The notes beneath the pieces are model-generated. The model was given only the letters and a program-made list of their open reading frames with translations, did no database searches and was not told where the DNA came from. The position numbers and the translations under genes were made by a program. From a virus (taxonomy: Duplodnaviria > Caudoviricetes), in IMG/VR virus record IMGVR_UViG_3300030433_001316, positions 1-38,850 of that record: a DNA stretch of 38,850 nucleotides. One strand, 5' to 3'. Below, one piece after another: positions 26,127 through 33,615 of the stretch (within the stretch, counting starts at the first letter, position 1; each line of letters starts with the position of its first letter).

Positions 26127-26565
26127 CAATAGTGGTGATGGTGATTAGGGCGCCCGGTGATTCACTGGCGGTGGCATAACGCCGTTCGGCGTTGATGCTG
26201 AAAACCTGTGAATCGTCTTCATAAGCAACGCCCGTCAGGGCATCGCAAACAGCTCTACAGAGCTTGTCCAAGTCCCCAATGCGTGTGACGCAGTGCTGTG
26301 GCGCATTGTCCTTGAGGTTGCCATTGGCGCGGAAGTGAGCTTTTGGCCGGGCAAAAACAAAGGTCAGCGTCAGCGACACGGGAAGTTTGGCATGCCATGG
26401 CGTAGGCCGCAACCTGCGGGCACAGCTGGCAACAACTTCTCTCCATGGGGCTACGGCGGCTGAGCTTTCCCCGAGGATTGCCCTGCCTTTGATGTAGCGG
26501 TGGACTTTCTTGCTGCCTTGTGGGGCTGGCTTGCCTGTGGCGAAGAAGGTGTAGCTGTTCGACAC
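26119..26565 (-). CDS. rusA: RusA-family Holliday junction resolvase
   Basis: GKPAPQGSK, F.FARPK, GDLDKLCRAVCDALTG..YEDDSQV. Confidence 0.9.
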   Translation of the reverse strand: MSNSYTFFATGKPAPQGSKKVHRYIKGRAILGESSAAVAPWREVVASCARRLRPTPWHAKLPVSLTLTFVFARPKAHFRANGNLKDNAPQHCVTRIGDLDKLCRAVCDALTGVAYEDDSQVFSINAERRYATASESPGALITITTIDV

Positions 26566-26708
26566 TGCTGCCTTCGTTGAGCGTTGAAGAACGCTTTTTC
26601 TAATGCAGTCAGCTTGGGAGAGCTTTCACTGTGCGCAGCTTCTGCGCTTGCCTTTGCTTTGGCAACGTACAGATGGGGCGTTGTGCTCCAGTAGATGCCT
26701 TTGCCCAT
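26451..26708 (-). CDS. Hypothetical protein
   Basis: TAATG coupling at 26708; overlaps rusA by 115 nt. Confidence 0.55.
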   Translation of the reverse strand: MGKGIYWSTTPHLYVAKAKASAEAAHSESSPKLTALEKAFFNAQRRQQCRTATPSSPQASQPHKAARKSTATSKAGQSSGKAQPP

Positions 26709-26917
26709 TACCTCAGTTTTTCGCAGGCAGATTGCCAGCCTTGTTCGCAGTGGTAAGCCTGTTGCTCGTCAAGGGTTGTGGTGATTGAGTACCAAGCTGC
26801 AGCCCCGAACAAGGCAAAGGCGGCAACGGTGACAATGGTGTTGACTTTAGTGCTCACCAGCTTTGGGTCATAAAAACGGCTGCGGTTTGCGCGTGGCTTG
26901 TAGCGGTTGTAGTTCAT
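26708..26917 (-). CDS. Small TM protein
   Basis: Hydrophobic helix, then HCEQGWQSAC. Confidence 0.7.
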   Translation of the reverse strand: MNYNRYKPRANRSRFYDPKLVSTKVNTIVTVAAFALFGAAAWYSITTTLDEQQAYHCEQGWQSACEKLR

Positions 26918-26920
26918 GGT

Positions 26921-27406
26921 TCAGCGACGGGTTTTGGGTGGGCGGCCACGGCGTGGCTTGGATGCTTTTACTTGCTGGGCCTTGTACTTTTCCTTTGCCT
27001 TTTCCCTTGCATCTGCCAAGAGCTTGCAGGCTTGATGGCTTTCTTCAAGCTCTTTGTATTTGCCTTGGGCTGCGATCACTTTTACGCACTGGGCAACGAT
27101 TGACTCTTGGATCATTTCTTGCGCTTGGTGGTGGCGCCAGAACCACGTTTCGGAGTCTTGGTTGGTGTACTCCTTGAGCAGTTTTTCATGCTCTTCCGTG
27201 ACATCCTCTTGCTTGAACTGGGCTTCAATCGTGGCGTCAAAAGCGGCCATCAATGAAGTCACCTTGCGGGCTTCCCAGATGACTTTGCGGTCTGCTTCGC
27301 GGATGTCTTCAAAGCGTTTGCGATGGGCAGCCAAAGCTTCTATGACTTCAGGCTGTGTCTCGACAAAACGGCTTTGTTCAGCGTAATCAGTTGGTGGCGT
27401 TGTCAT
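26921..27406 (-). CDS. Coiled-coil protein with C-terminal AT-hook-like motif
   Basis: Likely ATG 27406; ends KPRRGRPPKTRR. Confidence 0.7.
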   Translation of the reverse strand: MTTPPTDYAEQSRFVETQPEVIEALAAHRKRFEDIREADRKVIWEARKVTSLMAAFDATIEAQFKQEDVTEEHEKLLKEYTNQDSETWFWRHHQAQEMIQESIVAQCVKVIAAQGKYKELEESHQACKLLADAREKAKEKYKAQQVKASKPRRGRPPKTRR

Positions 27407-27629
27407 AAAACTTGGAAAGGTGTTCTTTGAAGGCATCTGGCCTAGAGCCATATGCCTGCAGTGCTTTGCCGAGCAAGTCGGCTTCTAGGTAGCCCAAAGA
27501 ACGACGAAAAGGTTGTGGGCCGTTGCCTTCACCAATCAGGGCAAGAAACTTGCCCCAAGTGCTTTCGTCTTCGTTGTCTTGCCAATCAGCCAAGCGATTC
27601 ATGTGATACAGGGCTTCTTGGTAGTTCAT
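27387..27629 (-). CDS. Hypothetical protein
   Basis: ATG 27629 (ATGA overlap); LGYLEADLLGKALQAY. Confidence 0.7.
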   Translation of the reverse strand: MNYQEALYHMNRLADWQDNEDESTWGKFLALIGEGNGPQPFRRSLGYLEADLLGKALQAYGSRPDAFKEHLSKFYDNATN

Positions 27630-27808
27630 CGGCGGCGCTGGTGATAAAGGTCGGTGAGTTTGAGATCCATAAGTGCGACTTGATTGGCCCAACTGCCCGG
27701 CTCTGGGATGTCGTCTGGATCGGGGAGGTTGTTGCGTGCATCTCTTGCCAACTCGTATAGAAGGTCAAGCTCTGCACCCGTGAAGGTGATTGTGTAAACA
27801 GGTCGCAT
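27626..27808 (-). CDS. Hypothetical protein
   Basis: ATG 27808, TGATG coupling. Confidence 0.65.
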   Translation of the reverse strand: MRPVYTITFTGAELDLLYELARDARNNLPDPDDIPEPGSWANQVALMDLKLTDLYHQRRR

Positions 27809-27981
27809 CACATCCCCAGCTTTTGCTTGACCAGCTTGCCGATCATGTTGCGGTACTTGCTGACAGCTTTGCGGTGAGTGGTGATTGCGGCCATGTCGTT
27901 GGCGGCAATGGCGTGGCTGTAAGCAGTTTGAGCATCATCAAGCAGGACCTTGATGTTGTCGATTTGCTGTTGAATGGTCAT
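27808..27981 (-). CDS. Helical hypothetical protein (57 aa, MTIQQQIDNIKVLL...)
   Basis: Read manually; first gene after the 28051-28023 promoter. Confidence 0.7.
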   Translation of the reverse strand: MTIQQQIDNIKVLLDDAQTAYSHAIAANDMAAITTHRKAVSKYRNMIGKLVKQKLGM

Positions 27982-28022
27982 TGGTTTGTGTGTGTGAGAG
28001 ACATCTCTGCCCCGTTGAACAT

Positions 28023-28055
28023 ATTATGGCATGCCATTGTCTGGTTGGCAAGCCC
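28023..28055 (-). promoter_or_regulatory. Sigma70-type promoter with embedded TGGCATGCCA palindrome
   Basis: Minus strand TTGCCA-N17-CATAAT with TG extension. Confidence 0.75.
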
Positions 28056-28659
28056 ACAGCCTTCCGGATTTAACCGCATCCCACATGACATCATTAATCA
28101 GGTCGGAAACCTGCACACCTTTTAGTTCTGCTGCCACACGCAAAATCACCATCAGGCCTTGATCAGTTTTGCCCTGCAGACGTGCTGTGCTTTTTGTGAG
28201 CAGCAAGCCCGGATTATCACCTTGCTGGAAAAATGCGGTGATCTGATCCGGTTGGTTTGAAGCCGTGATCTTGCCGTCGCTGACAACATCAAGTGGAGAA
28301 CGTGGCTCTGCAGCGGCAACTTTCAGCGCATGCTGCTTTATCAACTTAAGCGCAATCATCCGGTCGCATGGTTCCTGCTTGTCAAAAGCAAGGGCAGAGC
28401 CAGACCAATGGACAGATTCTTCGTTCCTTGCACCCCAGATCACAACCTTGAGGACAAGGCCAGAAGCAGCCAAGTCGTCATCATTTAACTGAATCAAATC
28501 TTTGATGGTTGGGTCTGCTTTCCCTTGTAGCGGTCCAGGGAAAACACGTACTTTTTCTGTGCGCCCTTGGTTGACGACAATGCCGTACAAATGCGGCTTG
28601 TCATTGTTGGGTTGGGCCTCAGTGATGTGTACTTTGACCTCTTGCTTTGTTAGATCCAA
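28024..28659 (-). CDS. Hypothetical protein with RHH-like C-terminus
   Basis: Probable TTG start 28659 (the ATG at 28698 lies inside the promoter); C-terminal STARLQG...LRVAAELKG.QVSDLI. Confidence 0.7.
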   Translation of the reverse strand: MDLTKQEVKVHITEAQPNNDKPHLYGIVVNQGRTEKVRVFPGPLQGKADPTIKDLIQLNDDDLAASGLVLKVVIWGARNEESVHWSGSALAFDKQEPCDRMIALKLIKQHALKVAAAEPRSPLDVVSDGKITASNQPDQITAFFQQGDNPGLLLTKSTARLQGKTDQGLMVILRVAAELKGVQVSDLINDVMWDAVKSGRLWACQPDNGMP

Positions 28660-28683
28660 TGCCGTGTGCGTGATGGCCCGCGA

Positions 28684-28712
28684 ATGGTGGCATGCCATTT
28701 ATCGGCGTGCAA
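28684..28712 (-). promoter_or_regulatory. Sigma70-type promoter with embedded TGGCATGCCA palindrome
   Basis: Minus strand TTGCAC-N17-CACCAT; palindrome at 28688-28697 in the same register as the other copies. Confidence 0.6.
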
Positions 28713-28721
28713 CCCATTGGG

Positions 28722-28886
28722 TCATTTTGATTTGCGCTTGGAGCTGCCTTTTGCGCGTTTTTTGCCGTGCTTGATGTATCTCTCACGCGATGCCTCTGAT
28801 GCAGCTTTCACGGCTTCTGCTCTGCCAGGAGGCTCACCTGGTCCGCCATTTGCAGGGTCTAGCAGTTCGGACCAGTTCAATCCCAT
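28722..28886 (-). CDS. Small protein (54 aa, MGLNWSELL...GEPPGRAEAV...)
   Basis: Read manually; TGATG coupling. Confidence 0.7.
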   Translation of the reverse strand: MGLNWSELLDPANGGPGEPPGRAEAVKAASEASRERYIKHGKKRAKGSSKRKSK

Positions 28887-29569
28887 CACCACAAATCCCC
28901 AAGTTCTTCTTGCTCAAACTGATAGCGATCCCAGCTGTCCAGCCATGCTTCAACACATTCATCAGTGTTTTGCCTGATCACGCGACACTCTTTTGGACCA
29001 GAAACCACGGTCACGCACTTATCGACATGCAGCGCAGGGTGATGGTCGATGAGCATGGCCAAATAAGCACCTAGTTGGTCGGTTGCTGGCTTGCGCCTGC
29101 GGGCGCCGCTTTGGCTGCCAACAGTTTTCAGGTCACCTAGCACGATCTCACCCGTTGAGGTCTGCAGCAAAAAGTCAAATGAACCGCCAAGTGACTTCTT
29201 GGCATCGCAGAGCCTGTATTCAGTTGCGATGACCTTGGCGCCTTGAAACAGTTCGCACTCCAGCATTGGATCAACCCAGTCAGTCCAGCGTTCTGAGAAC
29301 TCAACAGGTTTTCCCTTTAAGTAGCACTCCAAGGCTTGATGGATGTCTTCGCCGCGTGCTGCCCATCCGTTTGGGCCATCCTTGTACCGCATGATGTTGG
29401 CCAAGGCATCTGGGGAGAGTTTTGCCCCCAGCACGCCAGTGACTGACTTAGCCAGCCATTCAGCCTTGTACTTGTAACGGTGCCATTGCGGGAAGAAAAA
29501 AAGGTCTTTGATTTTTTTGATAACTGGGGGTTGCCGGGCCGGGTCATTCTGGGCACACTTCGCACCCAA
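28886..29569 (-). CDS. PD-(D/E)XK exonuclease-like protein
   Basis: HRY...SVTGVL, ARGEDIH, TEY, GGSFDFL...GDLKT, QLGAY; start codon uncertain. Confidence 0.82.
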   Translation of the reverse strand: MGAKCAQNDPARQPPVIKKIKDLFFFPQWHRYKYKAEWLAKSVTGVLGAKLSPDALANIMRYKDGPNGWAARGEDIHQALECYLKGKPVEFSERWTDWVDPMLECELFQGAKVIATEYRLCDAKKSLGGSFDFLLQTSTGEIVLGDLKTVGSQSGARRRKPATDQLGAYLAMLIDHHPALHVDKCVTVVSGPKECRVIRQNTDECVEAWLDSWDRYQFEQEELGDLW

Positions 29570-29574
29570 AGCAA
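29531..29574. promoter_or_regulatory. Overlapping divergent promoters
   Basis: Plus: TTGCCG(29531)-N17-CACACT; minus: TTGCTT(29574)-N17-CAGAAT. Confidence 0.5.
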
Positions 29575-29583
29575 GCCCAAAAC

Positions 29584-29748
29584 GTGCCTGAACTGGACCA
29601 GATCACGAACACACGCGTCCTGATTGATCCAAGGGTGATCGCTGAAGTCGATCGCAAAAAACCAATCGGAATCAGCCGCACCGGCTGGGTCAACTTGCTT
29701 TTGCAAAAGGCCATCGCATCTGAGCCTGAGCCGTTGGCTCGTGATTGA
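29584..29748 (+). CDS. Ribbon-helix-helix-like regulator (54 aa)
   Basis: Read manually: TRVLIDPRVIAEVDRKKPIGISRTGWVNLLLQKAI; first gene of the rightward operon. Confidence 0.7.
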   Translation: MPELDQITNTRVLIDPRVIAEVDRKKPIGISRTGWVNLLLQKAIASEPEPLARD

Positions 29749-30121
29749 CTACGACAAGGAGCACCAGGCATGGCAGCTTCTGCAGTGGCATCCATGGTCA
29801 TTGCCTGGTGAGTTTGATGAAGACCTTGCAGCCAAGGGCTATTACACAGACCTGCAGCGCAAAAGGTCAGAACAAGCTTTAGAAGCTTGGGATCAAGAGC
29901 ATCCCCAGCAAACCAGCCCCGAGCTTGAAGCCTTCAAAGAACTTGAGCGGCTCGGTGTTTACGGACAACGCACATGGTTCTCGCCTTCAAAGGCCAAAGA
30001 TGGGTTCTACACACAACGCCTCAAGCAACGACAGCAACGCGGATCCAAGCCTTCAGGATTGCTTGGACCAAGTCGCCCAACTCAAAAGCGCAGCCGTAAA
30101 AGTCGTTGGCGCAACGACTGA
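29741..30121 (+). CDS. Hypothetical protein
   Basis: 126 aa; 3' end overlaps the helicase gene. Confidence 0.6.
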   Translation: MIDYDKEHQAWQLLQWHPWSLPGEFDEDLAAKGYYTDLQRKRSEQALEAWDQEHPQQTSPELEAFKELERLGVYGQRTWFSPSKAKDGFYTQRLKQRQQRGSKPSGLLGPSRPTQKRSRKSRWRND

Positions 30122-31712
30122 TTCTGTTGACCGATTGTTCATGCTGCGGAACCAAGCCGAAGAGCTTGGTTGTGCTCTGAGCAAATCAGAAGCAGCGCAC
30201 TATTTAGCGCAGGCCACCGGCCGCAACGTCGGCATCCCTGAGCCAAAGCAAGGCGGGCAAAAGCTGGATGTTTCTCCTGTCCCTTGGCTTTGGGAAGGCG
30301 TCATCATGCGTGGCCGACAGAACTTGGTGGTCGCACCGCCAAAGGTTGGCAAATCTGCCTTGATGACGGCGATGGCTGCTGCCGCGTTGCGTGGTGATGC
30401 TGAGTTTCTTGGCATCCCGGTCCACGGGCAGATCAACAAGCTGATCATCGTCGGCACTGACCAAAACGTTTCTGACTGGTGGGTGCTGTTTGAGCGTGAA
30501 GGCTTGGGCAGGCAAGGCGTTGATCAGAACGGTGAACGTTTCCACGAGCTGGCCGAAGGCGTCATTCTTTGGAGCCTTGAAGATGCGGTGCAGCTGAACG
30601 ACAACGGCCTTGAAGCCATTGCGGCTGTGGCAGCAAAACACCCTGGCTCATTGGTGCTGGTGGACACGTATCACGCATGCGTTGGCCAGCTTGGCATTGA
30701 GGAAGCCAGCAGCGACTTCGATATTCCAGCCCGCAAGCTTGAGGTCGTCCTATCTGGCACTGGCAGCACCACTGTCTTGGTTCACCACACCAATAAGTCG
30801 GTGTCAGGCGGCAACGCCATCACAGCCAGCCGGGGGAGCAACAGCCTTGCAGGCGCTGTTAGCTGGTCTGTGCTCCTGAACTGGCTGAAGGTGCCTGTTG
30901 AGGGCCAGATGCAAACCGATCACCGGATTGCTGTCAAACCAATGGGAAGAAGCAAGGCCACCAACTTGGTGGTGGAGCTGACTGACGATGGCTGGGTAAG
31001 CCATGGCGATGGTGACGATGCCATTGCGGCTGAAGCCCGTGCGCAGGTTGAGGAGACCCTGCAGGGCCGCCAAGAGACCGCCTATGACCACTGCTGCCAG
31101 CTGTGGGAAAACAAGGTCCATACAACTGCTGCTGAGATCGCCAGCCACTGCAACATCAGCAGGCAAAAAGCTCTCCGCACGTTGAAGGCGTTGTGCACCA
31201 AGGGGCTGATTGTTCAGGACGGCGAGCTGCCTGCTGACACCGCTGGTCGGCCTGCTGCTTTGTACCGCCCTGTATTTGACACCCCCAATGACCCATCCAA
31301 AAAAACAGGGGGTCAAAAGGGTCAAACGTGTCAAATTCAAGAATCAGCAGCTAATGAGCAAGGCCCTAGGGGTCAAAGGGGTCAAATACCGCCAGCACAG
31401 GGATCTGAACCCTCGCGCGCACATATAAAAAGGGATTTGACACATAAAACACACTTGACCCCCTTTGACGGCGGAGGGGTGCCTGAGGGGGTCTTATTAC
31501 CGGTCCCTGTTGGCACCCATGTAGAGCGGTTGATTGGCGACTCTTGGAAAAACGGATGGCTTGTGCGGGATGGCTCTGATCCCAACCGGGTGGTGATTGC
31601 TAAGCTGGGCAACGAGATGCTGACCATGAGCAATCAGCGGTGGGGTGTGGACATCCGTGAAAACAAGGGCAGCGTCTTCGCTGCACCAGCTGCAGAAGAC
31701 GATGAGTGGTGA
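30000..31712 (+). CDS. RecA-family (AAA_25/RepA-like) ATPase/helicase with winged-helix domain
   Basis: Walker A APPKVGKS, Walker B LVLVDT, LVHHTNK, RGSNSL; HTH TAAEIASHCNISRQKALRTL; start uncertain (29925-30000). Confidence 0.82.
   Translation: MGSTHNASSNDSNADPSLQDCLDQVAQLKSAAVKVVGATTDSVDRLFMLRNQAEELGCALSKSEAAHYLAQATGRNVGIPEPKQGGQKLDVSPVPWLWEGVIMRGRQNLVVAPPKVGKSALMTAMAAAALRGDAEFLGIPVHGQINKLIIVGTDQNVSDWWVLFEREGLGRQGVDQNGERFHELAEGVILWSLEDAVQLNDNGLEAIAAVAAKHPGSLVLVDTYHACVGQLGIEEASSDFDIPARKLEVVLSGTGSTTVLVHHTNKSVSGGNAITASRGSNSLAGAVSWSVLLNWLKVPVEGQMQTDHRIAVKPMGRSKATNLVVELTDDGWVSHGDGDDAIAAEARAQVEETLQGRQETAYDHCCQLWENKVHTTAAEIASHCNISRQKALRTLKALCTKGLIVQDGELPADTAGRPAALYRPVFDTPNDPSKKTGGQKGQTCQIQESAANEQGPRGQRGQIPPAQGSEPSRAHIKRDLTHKTHLTPFDGGGVPEGVLLPVPVGTHVERLIGDSWKNGWLVRDGSDPNRVVIAKLGNEMLTMSNQRWGVDIRENKGSVFAAPAAEDDEW
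31275..31472. repeat. Iteron-like 9-bp GGGGTCAAA repeats, candidate replication origin
   Basis: Direct copies at 31309, 31318, 31327, 31369, 31378; inverted copies at 31275, 31436, 31454, 31464. Confidence 0.7.
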
Positions 31713-32317
31713 TGCGTGTTCTTATTGCATGTGAGTACAGCGGAAGGGTGCGTGACGCCTTCCGCAGTTATGGCCACGATGCTTGGTCTTGCGATTTGCT
31801 TGAGTGCGAAGCAGATCCGCAGTGGCACCATCAAGGCCCCGTTGAGGATTTGCTGCACGACGGCTGGGATTTGATGGTTGCTCATCCGCCTTGCACTTAT
31901 TTGGCTATTAGTGGCATGTGGGCGACTTACTCAGGCAAGCGTGATCCAGCCTTGACTACTGATGCCTTGGCCTTTGTCCGTTTGCTCATGGATTCACCTA
32001 TCCCCAGGTGGTGCATTGAGAACCCCATAAGCATGATCAGCACGGCGATACGCAAGCCAAATCAAATCATCCAGCCTTGGGAGCATGGACACGGCGAAAC
32101 TAAGGCGACTTGCTTGTGGCTTAAAAACCTTCCAAAGCTCAGGCCAAGCAACTGTGTTGAAGGCCGCGAGCAAAACATAATCAAAATGCCGCCAAGCCCA
32201 GATCGCTGGAAACAGCGCAGTCGTACTTACTTAGGAGTGGCTGCAGCGATGGGTAAGCAATGGGGTGACAGTCCTTTGCCGCCAGTTGCCGATCAACTTG
32301 GCTTGCCATTTGTTTAA
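31712..32317 (+). CDS. Short phage-type DNA cytosine-5 methyltransferase-like protein
   Basis: VLIACEYSG (variant motif I), AHPPCTYL (motif IV), IENP (motif VI), RSRTY.GVAAAMG.QWG. Confidence 0.75.
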   Translation: MRVLIACEYSGRVRDAFRSYGHDAWSCDLLECEADPQWHHQGPVEDLLHDGWDLMVAHPPCTYLAISGMWATYSGKRDPALTTDALAFVRLLMDSPIPRWCIENPISMISTAIRKPNQIIQPWEHGHGETKATCLWLKNLPKLRPSNCVEGREQNIIKMPPSPDRWKQRSRTYLGVAAAMGKQWGDSPLPPVADQLGLPFV

Positions 32318-32331
32318 TGGCATGCCATAAT
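32299..32331 (+). promoter_or_regulatory. Sigma70-type promoter with tandem TGGC(A/T)TGCCA boxes
   Basis: TTGCCA(32303)-N17-CATAAT(32326). Confidence 0.78.
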
Positions 32332-32361
32332 CTAATCAAGTTCAGCCGGAGACGGCAACAC

Positions 32362-32691
32362 ATGACCACCACAGCACTGCAGACCGACCGCTTCGAAGTT
32401 GGGCAAATCGTTTGCTCCAGCTACGGCTACGACATGACGCTGGTTGAGTACTACGTCGTTGACCGCATGACCAAGGCGAGTGTCTGGCTTCGCCCTATTC
32501 ATTGCGTGGTCACTGGTGACGATGGCCGTGGCGAAGGCAAGGCGACTCCTGACACGTCTTGGCAGGCATCCGATGACAAGGTTTTCCGCAAAAGGATTCA
32601 ACTGTCAGAGGGCAAGCAATACGTGTCCGACAGCATCAAGTATTTCCGGATCTGGGACGGCAAGCCCCAGTACTACAACTCTTGGGACTGA
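32362..32691 (+). CDS. Hypothetical protein
   Basis: ATG 32362; FEVGQIVCSSYGYDMTLVEYYVV...WDGKPQY. Confidence 0.75.
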   Translation: MTTTALQTDRFEVGQIVCSSYGYDMTLVEYYVVDRMTKASVWLRPIHCVVTGDDGRGEGKATPDTSWQASDDKVFRKRIQLSEGKQYVSDSIKYFRIWDGKPQYYNSWD

Positions 32692-32695
32692 ATCA

Positions 32696-32872
32696 ATGCC
32701 ACGCAAAAAACGGGACTGGAAACCAGCCACATCTTTCAAGGTCACCAAGCTGAAGCCCAACGGCCCTAAAAATGGGCAATCAGCTGACGCTTGGCTGTAC
32801 GGCAAGCAAAAGGAAGAGCGTGATTTCCAAGAGCGCATCCAGCACGACTCAAAAAATCTGCCACCAAGTTGA
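32696..32872 (+). CDS. Small basic hypothetical protein
   Basis: ATG 32696, MPRKKRDWKP... Confidence 0.6.
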   Translation: MPRKKRDWKPATSFKVTKLKPNGPKNGQSADAWLYGKQKEERDFQERIQHDSKNLPPS

Positions 32873-32877
32873 ACCAA

Positions 32878-32910
32878 TGGCTTGCCATCTACACGGTGGC
32901 ATGCCAGAAT
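32878..32910 (+). promoter_or_regulatory. Sigma70-type promoter with tandem TGGC(A/T)TGCCA boxes
   Basis: TTGCCA(32882)-N17-CAGAAT(32905). Confidence 0.75.
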
Positions 32911-32945
32911 CAATGCAAGGGCGAGAGCCCACCACACACAATCTG

Positions 32946-33335
32946 ATGACTTACAAAATCACCGGCCTCAAAAAACTTCGTTCTGTCGAGGGTTATGCCT
33001 ACAACGCCAACCTTCGCCTTGGCAGCCGCAAGGTTGCTGAAATCAGTGACGATGGTTGGGGTGGCCCTTTGAATGTTGATTTCGTTTCCAAAGAAGCTGA
33101 AGAGGCTTTCCGCGAGGCCTGCCACACCACATACAAAAAGCAGCTTGAAGCCTTCTATGCAGAAGTTTGCGAGGAGCACCCTGAGGATCTGCCCGTCTAC
33201 ATGAAACGGCTGGAATCCCGTGACTACACCTTTCCCAAGGAGCGAAACAGTGTCAACGGGAAGTATTTCATTGGCGTCAGCGATCCAGTTGACACTATTG
33301 CGGCTCTTATGTGCGAGGAAAAAATCTACGGTTAA
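32946..33335 (+). CDS. Hypothetical protein
   Basis: ATG 32946; AYNANL...KVAEISDDGWGG. Confidence 0.75.
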   Translation: MTYKITGLKKLRSVEGYAYNANLRLGSRKVAEISDDGWGGPLNVDFVSKEAEEAFREACHTTYKKQLEAFYAEVCEEHPEDLPVYMKRLESRDYTFPKERNSVNGKYFIGVSDPVDTIAALMCEEKIYG

Positions 33336-33367
33336 CGGCTTGCCAATATGCCAGAGATGCACACACC

Positions 33368-33610
33368 ATGGACTACCACAACATGCGACTCCTTTGGTTT
33401 GAGTCTTTTCAAAAGCATCAAGATGAGCTTGAAGCCACTAACCTTCTGAAGCTTCAAGCCATGGAACCTCAATCCCGCTACTACGTTGAAGCCAAGCTTG
33501 ACGGCAAGCTCGAATGGACTGAGTGGGCCTACACACGCCATGAGCGTGACCAGCTGGTGAAAGATGCCAAAGATGCAGGCTTCACATGCACCGTGGAAGA
33601 ATACGAGTAA
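33368..33610 (+). CDS. Hypothetical protein
   Basis: Start uncertain; WTEWAY motif. Confidence 0.6.
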   Translation: MDYHNMRLLWFESFQKHQDELEATNLLKLQAMEPQSRYYVEAKLDGKLEWTEWAYTRHERDQLVKDAKDAGFTCTVEEYE

Positions 33611-33615
33611 TCAAC

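Noticed and set aside
26388-26397. Additional perfect TGGCATGCCA
   Set aside because: Inside rusA coding sequence, with no matching -35/-10 in register; may be chance, though an operator role is not excluded
31275-31472. CRISPR array
   Set aside because: Repeats are 9 bp, adjacent and in both orientations, with no spacers or cas genes
28698-32317. ORF-track starts MACH at 28698 and 32317
   Set aside because: These ATGs are part of the ATGGCATGCCA promoter box; real starts are likely 28659 and 32362
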